Shown here: piece after piece, positions 25,519 through 38,785 of the stretch
Layout: each line of letters opens with the position of its first letter
Position numbering within the stretch: the stretch's first letter is position 1
From: Octopus sinensis
Lineage: Eukaryota
Direction of reading: 5' to 3'
DNA length: 64,000 bases
Assembly (NCBI RefSeq): GCF_006345805.1
Contig: NC_042999.1
Location: 40,362,001 to 40,426,000, forward strand
Program-made: the position numbers and the translations under genes
The notes under the pieces: model-generated
What the model saw: the letters and a program-made list of their open reading frames with translations, nothing else
Database searches by the model: none
What the model was told of the DNA's origin: nothing

Positions 25519-25926
25519 AGGAGTGGATGTGTAGTAAGTAGCTTGCTTACCAGCCACATGGTTCCGGGTTCAGTCTCACACCGTGGCACCTTGGGCAAGT
25601 GTCTTCTACTATAGCCTCGGGCCGACCAACGCCTTGTGAGTGAATTTGGTAGACGGAAAGTGAAAGAAGCCTATCGTATATATGTATATATTCATTTATG
25701 CGCGTGTGTGTTTGTGTGTCTGTGTTTGTCCCCCTAGCATTACTTGACAACCGACGCTGGTGTGTTTATGTCCCCGTCACTTAACGGTTCGGCAAACGAG
25801 ACAGATATGATAAATACTGGGCTTACAAAAAATAAACCCCGGGGTCGTGTTGCTCGATTAAAGGTGGTGCTCCAGCATGGCTGCAGTCAACTGACTGAAA
25901 CAAGTAAAAGAGTAAAAGAGTAAAGA
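25519..25926 (+). mobile_element. tRNA-derived SINE family A, full length
   Basis: Head GGAGTGGATGTGTAGTAAG...GGTTCCGGGTTCAGTC, internal TA/TG microsatellite, (AGTAAAAG)n tail; reverse-complement copies at 32.6, 44.3 and 51.9 kb. Confidence 0.9.
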
Positions 25927-27287
25927 TTATATACAAGGAAAAAGAGAGAAAAACAAGTGTGAAAATCTTACAATTAATATTCATGTAGAAATATGTACAT
26001 GTTTATATGTTAATAGGGAAGACGTATACAGAATACGAAAACACAGAAAATTAAGGAGAGAATGTATGGTGATATAAGTCCGTCAGCTGTTTCTGGGGTC
26101 TCGGGATTACATCGTTATGTTGGCAAATGTTCTTCCAAAAATAAAGGATATGCAACCGGTAATTGAAGCACATAAACATTAGGTAGACCCGTAAAGGTCT
26201 TCAGGGCTGAGAGATAAGTACATAACCTAGATACTTACTTAGAATTAAGCTCCCGAATTGCAATGATTTTTACCGAATTTCCAGTTTTGGTAATAAAAGT
26301 TTATTGATTTATTGAGGCTTAATAACCAGATTAGATTTGGGGAAATCAAAAGAGACCTGGGTTTGAATGTGGTCTTATTGTATGTCATCGACTATAGTAT
26401 ACCATGTATCTTCCCTTCTTTTTTTTTTAGTTATTTACCTATAATTAGATAGAGCGTAAATTATTACCAGTACTTTACACAAAGATGGTATGTATTTGAT
26501 GGAAGCAGTGATTGTTCTTTTCTTTCCGTCAGTTTAGAAATATGATATCATTTGTTTAAAATACCTGTATTTCTTTTCTGATTAAATTTTGTATTCAAAG
26601 ACATTGTAAAAGTTGCTAAAAGCGTTCTTTCCTACGGATACATTAAATGGATCATTTTGGTTAGATTTTTCATAGACTATAGTTGTTTCATATTGGAACA
26701 TGTATTTTCTTCGACACAGATTCTAATGCAATATTTGTCACTGATGTTGCGTACTATGTTAATTAATTTTTCATATATTCTAGACCAGTTTGGCTAGTTC
26801 TGTTAACGATAAATGTGTGCCACTTCTACACTTTTGGCTGGTAAGTTTCCTCAATATTCATTTGATTACCTATTATTATATATTTATTTATTTATATATC
26901 CTTGTTAATGTGTTTCATTACTGCTGTATTGTGATTGTATTGTTTTTGTATATAATTTAATTTGATCTGGTTGGTTATTCTACCTGTATAAGTGTGCTTC
27001 CATTATTTCATTATAACTTATGGGATTACGTCTTTACAGTTATGTATGCATACGTATATATGTTTCCTATTATGTATGAAACTTAAGCAATAGTAGCCGA
27101 AAAGTGGGCCCCATGAGGCAGGGTTCATCATTACGCGAACTGCGCTACAAAAAGAAACCAAGGAAACATTTCATTAGGACTGCTATTGAGGAATTCCCCA
27201 GTTTGCCCATGGTTGTTCTATACTTTGAATATTGTTAATAATGAATGTCAGGCGTCTCACATTACCAGTGTTAATGTTGCGTTGCCA

Positions 27288-27890
27288 GAAGGCGGCGAGC
27301 TGGCAGGAACGTCAGCGCGCCGGGTGAAATGTTTAGCGGTATTTCGTCTGCCGCTACGTTCTGAGTTCAAATTCCGCCGAGGTCGACTTTGCATTTCATC
27401 CTTTCGGAGTCGACAAATTAAGTGACTGGGGTCGATGTAATCGAGTTAATCCGTTTGCCTGTCCTTGTTTGTCCTCTCTCTGTTTAGTCCCTTGTGGTTA
27501 GTAAAGAAGTAGGTATTTCGTCTGCAGCTACGTTCTGAGTTCAAATTTCGCCGAGGTTGACTTTGCCTTTCATCCTTTCGGGGTCGATAAATTAAGTACG
27601 CACTGGAGTCGAGGTAATCGACTTAATCCCGTTGTCTGTGCTTGCTTCTCCTCTCGTTGTTTAGTCCCTTTTGGGCAATAAAGAAATAAGAAACGTCAGC
27701 GCGCCGGGTGAAATGCTTAGCGGTATTTCGTCTGTCTTTATGTTCTGAGTTCAAATTCCGCCGAGGTCGCCTTCGCCTTTCATCCTTTCGGGATCGATAA
27801 ATAAAGTACCTGTAGCGTACTGGTGTCGATCTAATCGACTAGCTTGCTCTCTTAAAATTTCGGCCTTGTGCCTTCAGTAGAAACGAATAT
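27288..27890 (+). mobile_element. Tandem trimer of SINE family B
   Basis: Units ~27288-27510, ~27511-27690 and ~27690-27890, each with ttctgagttcaaatt..gccgaggt.g.ctt.gc.tttcatcctttcgg. Confidence 0.9.
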
Positions 27891-28184
27891 TTGAGAATTC
27901 GAAGATGATATATCTTTTCCTTTCACTGGGGATCATTGAGGAAAATACTTCGGTAACTTAGACTATTGTGTACCTAGATCTTAATATTTTTCAACAAGTA
28001 ACAGTGGAGTTATTGGATTCATGTATATACAAAGTAATTAGTTTTGCGATTGAAGAAAGAAAGATAGGTAAATTTGCCCTTGCCTATACCGATGTCACTA
28101 AATGTTCTATATTGGCTAAATACTTTACAGTTTATGAGATTTTCCATGAGTTTCAAATGAAAAGCAAAATCTTTATTGTCAATT

Positions 28185-28440
28185 CTCTGGGTAGAACACA
28201 TAGAAGAAGCTCAGGAAAGGAGACTTGCCAAATACCAAGAACTGGCATAGCGGTGCTAACAGGCAGGCAGGCAGTGGGGCAACAGATGTTGAATTTTGAG
28301 GTTTTGTGGAACGTTCATCCTGGAAAGCTCTGACTGGATTTGGAGTTTTTCTTGTTGCAAAGAGACGGGGTACAAATTCATTTGCAGAAGCTGCAGAGAA
28401 GGCCATTTGGTGTCTTTGGATAAAGAGGGCAGACCAGTGG
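28185..28440 (+). pseudogene. HERO/NeSL-like non-LTR retrotransposon, C-terminal restriction-like endonuclease remnant
   Basis: Across frameshifts: LWVEHIEEAQERRLAKYQELA ... GFVERSSWKALTGFGV ... EAAEKAIWCLWIKRADQW, matching the HERO-type C-terminus as I recall it. The 3' UTR may run to ~28710. Confidence 0.7.
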
Positions 28441-30842
28441 TTTGAGGCTGTGGGGATGTCTTTTGGGAGTTGATCAATTCCGGTTGCATCAATAAAGTTT
28501 CAAAGATAACAAGGGGGATTTGGATGAAGGCAGCAGTCCCATGGACTAAATTATTCACAAGCATGTTGGGACTTAATTAAGTTGGGACTTAATGTTGAGA
28601 CAATGTTTGGACTTAATTAGTCAGCTCGACTAGGGGGTTTGATGTTTAAAGACATATAAGCCCCTTAGATACCTAAAATATCACTGACGATGCATCCTAC
28701 AGCATCCGCAAGATGTATCTAGATATTAAACTAATTACATTTATAATTATAATATAACCACGATAATGATGATATCATGTTTAGCAAAGAGTATCGCAAA
28801 TTGAAAGTCATTATAGACATGAAATCGAGTTGTTTTATAATGGATGTTTTTGACATTGTTGACAAAGGTTGCTTCATATTTCTAGAAAATTCTACATTTA
28901 GCTTTATAAACATCGCATCAAATAAATAATTAATTATCTCAAAATGTTTTAAAATTCATTCATTTGAACGTATAATTACACAAATACGAAGCATGCTAGA
29001 AAGTTTACTCATGTTTCACACACCCTGTTTATATTGCTGGAATATTTAATTTACTCTTCATTGCTAAATATGAAACATCTATATTTGTCATTGTTTCATG
29101 AGCACTTAATGTTTACCTTTTTCGCTTTCATTTTAGCAATAATCAAGCAAAGTATCCCCCGGTTTTCGTTCTTCTCTTCCACTCTATCTTTCTCTATCTC
29201 TCACTCACATTAAATAATACAATGTAGGCAAGTATATGAGACACTATTGAATGCTTATGTATATGTGTGTGCATATGTGTATGAGCGTATTTGAATGCAC
29301 ATGTTTACCTTCATATGTAGAAGATCATAGGTTTATATATAGGTGCATAACTGCGTGTAAGTAGGAAATAATATATGTATATACATATTAGTTCAGTAAA
29401 ATTTAGATTCAGATGAATATGGTACTTAAGTTGAAGGCACCAGAATTTAGTATGGTAGTATCCATATATTTAAAAATAAGTTGATTACAATCAAAATAAG
29501 CAACAAATATATCCAGAGGTAGAGGTAATGCAGTACGATCGTTTCATGCGATTCCATTTAATTGATATATATATATATAAATGTGTTTCTGTGTTTGTTT
29601 GAGTGTATGTATGCGTGCGACTATGTGCTAAAATATATATATCTGTATAAAACGATACGTTTAAGCTGCTCAAATACTAGAATACTCAATGAAATGTATG
29701 GTGTTGAAGATATATATTAACCAACTATTGACAGGCAGGTTCTGGATGTTTGATTGAAAACTACACTGAATCACAACACATACAACTTATTTATATAGTG
29801 GTGTATATAAATAGAAAAAAATGTTTTATTACAAAGCTATGGCAAAATATATTAATGAATGGAATTGCCATAAAGATATTTAGAATGCAATGTATTAAAT
29901 TGAATGTCTTAACGAGTATTCGAAATAATTTTAGTGGTAAATGTTCTACGTCAGGATACTCACAAAATGTAGTGCTACAACCTAACTAAATGAAATATGG
30001 TTATTTGAGATACGTAAACCAATGAACATAAACTAAAAGTACAAGACCGGTTACTTCCCAAAGTAAATAATACCTCATTCTGATCTGTGATCTGTAAATA
30101 GATTAGTTGGCAAACAAAAGATATGAACATCCAGTTAGCGTCTGGAAACACCCAAGGTATAAATTTACCAATTGAATTCCTATTCGAGTTCATCAAACAT
30201 CTACCTATGGGTCTCACAGGTAAATTTTCAACGAATAAATCTGAGAAAGTTCTGTAAAAGCAATGTCGCTTATAATAAATTATTCTAGAAACTATTTGAT
30301 ATACTGCGTGCCGGATTTTAAATTGTGATTCCTTCCATTTTTATAACTGCACCATAAAAGATGGGGTCTTGACTTAACATCCGTAAAACCGGATGCCTTT
30401 CGGTATTTGTTTCAGCGTTATGCAGTTTGAGATCAAATCACTCCGTGATGTTAGATTTAAGCCATCACCTGGGTATAAAAACATCAGGCTTTGGGTGCGT
30501 TTGTAAAATTCGTCTTTGTTCAAATGATTCAGGCCAGGATTGGAGATTAATTATGGCATTCTGCGCCTCATCCACCAGTTATAGATACCTTGAAATCGCC
30601 CACTGAGGGCGTTTTCCTCCTGATTAAAAGATTCATACATGTGAATCCATGTAACTTGCATATATTTATGTAAAAAAAAATATCGATATAGCTGTTTGGT
30701 AAGAATTTTACCTGCCAACAACACATTTCCGGGTTCAGTCCCACAGTGCATTATTAGGGAAAATAACTTCTAAAACTCGGACTGACGGATTCCGAGTGAG
30801 TGGATTAGGCAGATGAAACGTGAAATAAGGTTGCCATATATA

Positions 30843-32322
30843 CAGTGCGGGGAAATAAATATTCCTACATGTCAAAATTATTTATCTATTTAATTTCTAA
30901 TTAACATAAATGGGATATACCAATACTATATTTGCATACAGATGCATAAACTAAGAATATGCAAAAGAAACTAATAAATTATAGTAACTTAAGGAATTTA
31001 TATACAATCATAAATATTTAGGGGTGAAAAAAGTATTCGTAAAGAATAAATTTATGAACATAAAGTAGTATTGTAATAATGGCGAAAAGTAAAGAACTCA
31101 CAAATACAGTGAAACATTTAATTGCTGAACAGAGGAAAGCAGGTAAAAGTTACAGGAAAATATCAAAGACCCTTTGTATTCCATTTTCTACCATATCTTC
31201 ATTTATTCAAAGATATAAAAAAATCGGGAACTGTTAAAAACAGGATAAGATCCAGTGCACCATGCAATATGTCCCCTAGAAAAAATGAAGTGAACAATCG
31301 AAAAAAAAACGTAATAATCACCAGAAGGGAGTTGCAAGAAGATTTGTTAGTTTCAGGGGCTAGTGTTACAATATGAACAATCAGCAATGAACTTCATAGG
31401 AATGAACTGAAGTCACCCTCTCCTAGAAAAACTCTGCTGTTGACTAAAAGGCATAGAGATGCCCGTTTAAAATTTGTTTATGAAGATAAAGATAAACCTG
31501 ATACATTCTGGAAAAATGTTCTATGGACAGACGAGTCGAAAATTGAATTGTTTGAAAGAAATTCGTGTAGCCATGTTTGGAGGAAAGATGGTACTGCCTA
31601 TTCGCCGAAAAACACAATTCCTACCATAAAGTTTGGTGGTGGCAATATCATGGTGTGGGGGTGTTTCTCTGCAAATGGTACTAGCAATTTACATGTGATA
31701 GATGGTAGAATGAATGCAGATATGTACCAAAATATTTTGAACAATAATTAATGGGACTCTGTAGAAAAGCTCCAGCTTTGTGAAGTGTGGGTTTTACAAC
31801 AGGATAACGACCCTAAGCACACGGCGAAGTCTACCAAAAATGGATTGTCGATAACAATATAAAATTATTAGAATGATCAAGCCAGTCACCCGACTTGAAC
31901 CCCATTGAACATTTGTGGCGTTACTTGAAAATTAAAATTCATTCAAGAGCCCCAACGTGCATTCCAGATTTGAAGAAAATTTGTCAAGAAGAATGGGAAA
32001 AAAATTCCTGAAAAAACATGAGAGTCATTGATTAAGAACTACAAGACGAGATTGGTTGAAGTGGAACTGAATAATGGTTATGCTACACAGTATTAAATCA
32101 GAATTATCAGTTATTTATGTTCTATACGAATACTTTTTTCACCGCTAAATATTTATAATTGTATATAAATTCCTTAGTAGCTATAATTTATTAGTTTCTT
32201 TTGGATATTCTTAGTTTATGCATGTATATGCAAATATAGTATTGGTATATTCCTGTTATGTTCATTAGAAATCAGATAAATAAAGAATTTTGACATGTGC
32301 GAATATTTATTTCCTCCCACTG
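30843..32322 (+). mobile_element. Tc1-family (IR/DR, DD34E) DNA transposon, defective
   Basis: TA|CAGTG...CACTG|TA; ~205-bp imperfect TIRs with outer (GGAAATAAATATTC) and inner (GGTGAAAAAAGTATTCG) repeats. Confidence 0.95.
31079..32096 (+). pseudogene. Tc1 transposase pseudogene
   Basis: MAKSKEL...GKSYRKIS; [15 protein letters not shown]; [11 protein letters not shown]; QQDNDPKHT; [11 protein letters not shown]; several frameshifts and stops. Confidence 0.95.
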
Positions 32323-32615
32323 TATGTATGCATGAGGGGGGTGTCTGTGGGGAGGCTGTGGGGGGCTGTGAGCCCGTGAGTGCGTGTGTCTTCCTGTCTA
32401 TGTTAGAGAGTTTACGTCCCCGTAACTAGAGATTGGACAAAAGAGATTAATAAAATAAGTACCATGCATAAAATGTGCTGTAGCCGATTCGTTCAAGGAA
32501 AATCTGTGGTGCTCCAACATGGCTGTAACTTATGAAGATAAAAGATAAAGTTGGTTGTTGAACTGTTTCAGACAGGCAGCTTATCTAAAATTATACGATG
32601 ATTATTCATTTATAT

Positions 32616-32990
32616 TCTTTTATTTGCTGCAGTTATTTGAGTGCACCCATGCTGGAGCACCGCCTTTAGTCGCGCAAATCGACCCCGGGCTTATTCTTTG
32701 TAAACCCAATACTTATTCTATCGTTCTCTCAAGCCGAACCGCTACGTTATGGGACGTAGACACACCAGCATCGGTTGTCAAGCGATGTTGGTGGGGACAA
32801 ACACAGGCACATTTATATATCTATATACGACGGGCTTCTTTCAGTTTCAGTCTACCAAATCCACTCACAAGGCTTTGGTTGGCCCGAAGCTATAGTAGAA
32901 GAGTCTTGCCGAAGTTGCCACGCAGTGGGACTGAACTCGGAACTATGTGGTTCGTAAGCAAGCTACTTACTACACAGCTACTTCTGCGCC
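32616..32990 (-). mobile_element. SINE family A, full length
   Basis: Reverse complement of 25519-25926. Confidence 0.9.
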
Positions 32991-33019
32991 TATATATGAA
33001 AATATGTTAAAAGGTTTAT

Positions 33020-33450
33020 ATATTCGACAGAGGTAGTTTTAATACCGAGAGGTAATATTTATTCCCACTTAAACGTGGATGTTCCATGTGTTCCGTTTCT
33101 GACTTCAATGTGTGAAACTTTTATATTGGCTGTTTGTTACAAAATCCACTCATGTTTATATCGTTAACGGGAAGATAAATTCCTGCTCCCTCCAGCGCTG
33201 GGATCACCAGATTACGTGATATCGACGTTGTCTGCTCTTGTCAATGATGGTCACTCGACCGCTAGGGGCAGCAGCGATTCATCTCCCCGCCAGCGATATA
33301 TAGATTGACTGTGCCAGAACAGGGGCTGGTGTCGCGATTAGCCAATTAGCTTTTGAAAAAATATATAAGGGGCAGAGGTATTATTAATGCAGAGAGGTAA
33401 TATTTATCCCTACATAAATGTAGATGTTCTATTAGAACAAACTATGCTCC
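33020..33450. repeat. Dispersed repeat family E with an internal ~60-bp duplication
   Basis: cagaggta...gagaggtaatatttat.cc.ac.taaa.gt.gatgttc at ~33030 and ~33375; related sequence at 58430-58900 and 59885-59960 (ctccccgc.agcgatatataga...ctggtgtcgc). Confidence 0.65.
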
Positions 33451-34101
33451 ACTTGTTATCACGAGGGAAAATCTTATATTTTCATTTTGGTGCAAATTGC
33501 AATCTTCATATCGCTAGCGTAAGTGTGACCGTAGAGACGTGACGTATCTTTCAGTGCCCCAGTCCTCTAACCCATTATTAGATGACACAGACTCTACGGG
33601 TCAATACTTGAAACACTAGGCCAATATTTTACTATCTGTATACTACTTCTAAATGAACACAGAAACATGAAGATGCGAAACAACTTATGAGTTGCCATTA
33701 TCCTTATACATTTTTCTCCACGATTATGATTCAACCTATGTTTGTCCAAGAGGTCATTGACATATAGGTTTATATAGAGGTAAATTATAATAGTGATGTA
33801 TAATTGCAATTTAGAATAATTTGGATTAGATGTTTGTGTTTGTTATTTGTTGGTAATTTGGCCGACAGTCTTACATAACATTTCTCTATCCAGAATCATA
33901 ATTGCCAGCTAATTTACGACGAGTATACAGCGAGAAATGAATACAAAATGGAGGACATCAAAATAAACAGTAAGAGACACAAGGTGAGAGCGATCTACTC
34001 GTATATTGCTGAGTATATAGAGGGAAATGAATGATTAAAGCTGATAGATAGATAGAGCGAGAGAGATAGTTGGATAGATAGATAGATAGATAGATAGATA
34101 C

Positions 34102-34159
<58 letters not shown>

Positions 34160-34199
34160 GCTGATGCAGCATTTGTAATTCAGAGATATATAATTATGC

Positions 34200-34247
34200 G
34201 TAATAATAATAATAAATATTATGATAATAATAATAATAATAATAATG

Positions 34248-34308
<61 letters not shown>

Positions 34309-34310
34309 GG
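34200..34310. repeat. (TAA)n microsatellite
   Basis: Direct inspection. Confidence 0.95.
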
Positions 34311-34408
34311 CACCATTCTTTTATCTTTGTAAGTAATTAACATTAAATACGTAACTGTACATATAACTAAATACACATTTATGTATAAATATGCAAACAC
34401 ATGCATAT

Positions 34409-34451
<43 letters not shown>

Positions 34452-34587
34452 ATATGCAGATAGATGCATCTACACGCTTATATTTGCTTATATATACATA
34501 TATACACACATGTAAATTTCTGCTTGATACACACTCGTTTATATAAATAGGAATACACACACGCACATATATATATATATATATATA

Positions 34588-34622
<35 letters not shown>

Positions 34623-34750
34623 TGTGTGTGTGAATGTGCAAATATCTAAACTATATATATATATATTATATATATATATATGCATATATATATATATATA
34701 TATGTATATATAGATGTACATATATATGTGTATATATGTATATGAATATG

Positions 34751-34796
<46 letters not shown>

Positions 34797-35454
34797 TATA
34801 TACATATATGTGTGCATATATGTATACACACACATGTATATATATATATATATACATATACATACATAGTATGTGTACATATACTTACATATTCTCAAAG
34901 TGGCATAGGCACATATTCAGTGTATCATGTGCGAAATGTGATTATATTCTGATGATATAAAATCAAAAACGTAATGAATATATAAATGAATGAGTAGATT
35001 GATATGAGTTAGGGTAATAATTTATGCATAGGAAGAGAAATTTACCGTAAATTCCCTGAAGGCGGAAATAATCAGTATAAGTGATGCGGCTGTGACTGCG
35101 GTATTTTGTAGTTGTGCTGTTACAAGTAATATTTAAAATATTGATTTCTAATATAGACACAAGGCCACATAATTTGGCAGATGGGTATATTCGATTAAAT
35201 CGAATTTGTGCTCGCCTGGCATTTATTTTATCGACCCAGGGAACCGTGAAATGAAAAGAGAAAAAAAAAACACATCTACAGCGACAGCGTTGTTTGAACT
35301 TTGAATGTAAAGTGTTCGAATACTGGAGTGAAGGACCGATCGATGTCTCTCGTGGCCTTTTCAGCGGTTACGTCAATTCACCTGAAAGAGTATTACTGAT
35401 TTATAACTTAGGACCAAGGGCAATAATTAGGCTTAATAATGTGCTGCGTCTTAT

Positions 35455-35763
35455 ATTTTTATTTATTATTTATGCGCCCTTTTCAAGCCTAGCCAGGCTC
35501 ACAGGCCCGCTTTCCCGGTTTCTATCACGTATGTGTTCCTCCCAGCTGGACGGGACGGCAGTCCATCGCAGCGATACTCAAGAAAAGAGAGAGAAATTTG
35601 GAGCGAAAGAGTACAACAGGGGTCGCCACCATCCCACGCCAGAGCATCGTAGAGCTTTAGGTGTTTTCGCTCAATAAACACACACAACGCCCGGTCTGGG
35701 AATCGAAATCGCGATCCTCCGACCGTGAGTCCATTGCCCTAACCACTGGGCCATTGCGCCTCC
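35455..35763 (-). mobile_element. SINE family C, variant 2 (mosaic)
   Basis: Head and first body segment match 47709-48095; the tail (gctgcgatggactg...gagcctggctaggctt..aaagggcgcat) matches 14089-14324. Confidence 0.85.
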
Positions 35764-36204
35764 GCTGCGGCTTATATTACACCATATAATTCACTGGTGC
35801 CTGTTTTACTGGCGGTATAGTGAAGAGAGAAAATGTCCAAGCTGAAATTGAGCTCAGTAAGAATATTTGAGACTAGACACGAAAATAATTTTGCGATACT
35901 CTGATAATCCAGATAAATCACTGCTGCGAGTTAACACTAAACATTATTAACAGAGGACGATTCACCTTCGAGCCATGTAATGTATTGCATTATTTGTTCC
36001 GGATCATGGAGATTTGTGATCAAATCCAGAGGATATCCAAAGTCGTTTTCATTATTTTGTAGTCGATAAATACTGTCGATAAATACTGTACTGTCGCAGT
36101 CATTTCTCTCTTACACCAGCTATCATACCCTGTATGTTTCGTTGGATCAAGGTTAGGGACACATTTAATCTAACTAAATGGGTATGAAAGAGAGCAAAGG
36201 TTGC

Positions 36205-36238
<34 letters not shown>

Positions 36239-36263
36239 AACTATCTATCTATACATATATATA

Positions 36264-36294
<31 letters not shown>

Positions 36295-37210
36295 GTGTGC
36301 GTGTGTGTGCGTTTCTATGTATATATATAAGTGTGAATGTGTATAAATATATACTACGATTTCATATGTTTATTTGACGGACGGATGTAGTGGTTCCACT
36401 CTAGATACAAGAATAGCAACAGCATAGCCATGTCGTTAGAAAGTCTGAAAAACTACTTTGTAATATTTGTCCTAACTCTTTACTTTGTGAGATCAAATCT
36501 CGTGGCGGTGTACTTTGCTTTCATCCATTCAAGATCAATAAATAAAATACTAGTTAAATACTAGAAATGATGGTATCCAATTTAAAATATTTTGTTGCAT
36601 ACTTGGGTCATATACTTAACCGCCCAATTTAAATCGTTTGTGTACTTAATAGGCCCTTAATCTGTTACACGTATTCGTGCATGCATTCATGACTAACAGA
36701 GAAGTTACTGAAATTGTACATCGCAATCATTTCTTGTTTTCAAATAGATATTTAAAGGATCTATAACATTGTCAGATACCTTCTATAAATCAGAGACAAG
36801 ACTTGCTAGTAGTATTAAACTAATACTGACTTTAGTAACAGTTTCCCATTTGGGAACTGGGTCTGCAAATTTGAAGTGAAGGGCTACTTAATTTCAACAA
36901 TTTAATAGATACTTTATGTCAGCGAAATCCAGGGATTAAACGACAGAGACAAATAGCGCAAACTATTTCCCGGCGCTCTAATTTTTCTGCCGCTATTCGT
37001 CTTTCTATTGATATTAATATAGTCTCTTGGAAAGAAACATTAGAACGTTGGATAACTTAGTACGTGTTATACACAAACACATGCTTTTATGCATGTATAT
37101 ATATATATATATATATATATATTTAATCCAAACGGGAAACAAAAAAACAACAACAATGGAACAATTACAGTATTATTATTAATAGGCGCTCAGGAAATGG
37201 AAGCAGGGAG

Positions 37211-37245
37211 GTATGACGTTTCGAGCGGAGCTCTTCGTCGGAAAC
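37211..37245 (-). ncRNA. Minimal hammerhead-like motif (family P2)
   Basis: GUUU-CCGACGA-A-GAGC(UCC)GCUC-GAAAC-GUC-AUAC; U4 to C and one mismatch in stem I. Confidence 0.6.
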
Positions 37246-37544
37246 ATAAAGAAGGAAGGAGGAAGGGAGGGAGGGGAAGGGGTGGGGGCGTATGTATCGT
37301 GCCAGCGTGTGTTGAGTAGTAGTGTGTGTGTGTGTCCAGTGTCGTGGTAGTATTAATGGCGAGTAGATTGAATGTGTGTAAGAGTAATGTATATATTGAA
37401 GCAATGTGTGTATATGTGTGCGCGTGTGTGTAACGAAAAAGGGGGGGTTAAGGAAAAAGGACTCCAGCTGAGGGGAAGATGGAAGAGTGGTGCCGCGGAG
37501 ACGGGCGTGGGAAAACCCAACGACAAGCGACGGTCCCTGTGTGT

Positions 37545-38785
37545 ATGTATGTGTGAGTGTGTATGTATGTGTGTGTAGGATGCATGTATGTGTATGGGTG
37601 TATGTATGCGTGTGTGTATGTATGTATGTGTACGTGCGTGTGTGTGTGTATGCGTGTAGGTGTGCGCGTGTGCATGCATGCATGCATGTGCGTATGTGTG
37701 TGTGTGTGCATGTGTGTGGGTATATATGTATGTGCGTATATGTGTGTGTATGTGCGTACATGTGTGTGTGTGTATGCATGTGTGTGTATGTAGGTGTGTA
37801 GGCGTGTGTGTATAGGTGTATGTATGTAAGTATGTATGGGTGTGTCCGTGTATGTGTGTGTATGTATGTTTGTGTATGTAGGTGTGTGGGCGTGTGTATA
37901 TGTGTGTGTATGTAGGTGTGTGGGCGTGTGTATATAGGTGTATGTATGTATGTCTGGGTGTGTCCGTGCATGTTTGTGTGTGTATGCATGTGTATGTAGG
38001 TGTGTGTGTACGTGTGTAATGTATGTGTATATGCGTGTGTATGCGTGCGTGTGTGTATGTAGGTGCGTGTGTATGTGTGTGGGAGTGTAGGTGTGTGTGT
38101 GCGTGTGCGTGTTTATGTTGGTGTGTGCGTATGTGAGTGTGAGTGTATGGGTGTTTGTCATGCATGTGTGTGCGCGTGCAGGTGAGTGTGTGTGTAAGTA
38201 TGTGTGTGTGTATGTTTGTGTGAGTGTGTATGTGTGTATGTCTGTGTGTATGTATGTGCGTATAGGAGTATGTAGGTATGTGTGTGTGTGTATGTATATG
38301 GGTGTATGTATGCATGTGTGTGTGTGTGCATGTGTATAAGTATATGTGTGTGTGCGTATGTGTGTGTATGTGTATGTGTGTGTGTTTATGTATGTGTGTA
38401 TGTATGTGTGTAGGCGTGTGTCTGTAGATGTATGTATGTATGGGTGTGTGTCTGTGTGTGTTTGTGTGTGTGTGTAGGTAGATGTGTGTGTCTGAGTGAG
38501 GGTATGGCTGTGTAGGTGTGTGTGTGTATGAATGTAAGTGTGTGTGTATACAAGTGTAATGTATGTATGTAGGTGTGTGTGTGTGTATGTGTACGTGTGC
38601 GTGTGTATGTGTGTGTGTGTATGCGTGTGAGTGTGAGTGTATGGGTGTATGTCTGTGTGTGTGTATGTATGTGTGTGTGTGTGTGTGCGGGTATGTGTGT
38701 GTGTGTGTATGTGTGTGTGTGAGTAGGTGTGCGTGTATGTATGTGGGTAGGGATGCATGCGAGTGTGTGGGTATGTATGCATACA
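37545..38785. repeat. Degenerate (GT/GTAT)n low-complexity tract, ~1.2 kb
   Basis: Direct inspection; the source of the 457-501 aa His/Thr/Tyr ORFs. Confidence 0.95.

Larger units (their letters stand above)
30690..32545 (+). mobile_element. Old SINE family A copy split by the Tc1 insertion
   Basis: 5' half at 30690-30840 (ttccgggttcagtcccac...gagtggatt.ggcaga) and 3' half at 32325-32545 (tttacgtccccgtaact...gtggtgctccaacatggc). Confidence 0.65.

Noticed and set aside
26085-26130. GAAACAGCTG motif on the minus strand resembling a hammerhead stem III
   Set aside because: No recognisable CUGANGA core or stem I.
27288-27890. Repeat-spacer-like periodicity (CRISPR?)
   Set aside because: Units are ~200-bp SINE monomers with no unique spacers or cas genes; eukaryotic context.
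28686-28720. CTGACGA followed by a small hairpin (hammerhead?)
   Set aside because: No GAAA or stem III follows; more likely part of the HERO-like 3' UTR.
30102-30219. Possible plus-strand exon (ISWQTKDMNIQLASGNTQGINLPIEFLFEFIKHLPMGLT)
   Set aside because: Good donor but weak acceptor, and no recognisable protein.
35046-35116. Possible 71-nt minus-strand exon
   Set aside because: Two frames are open and there is no homology, so it cannot be supported.
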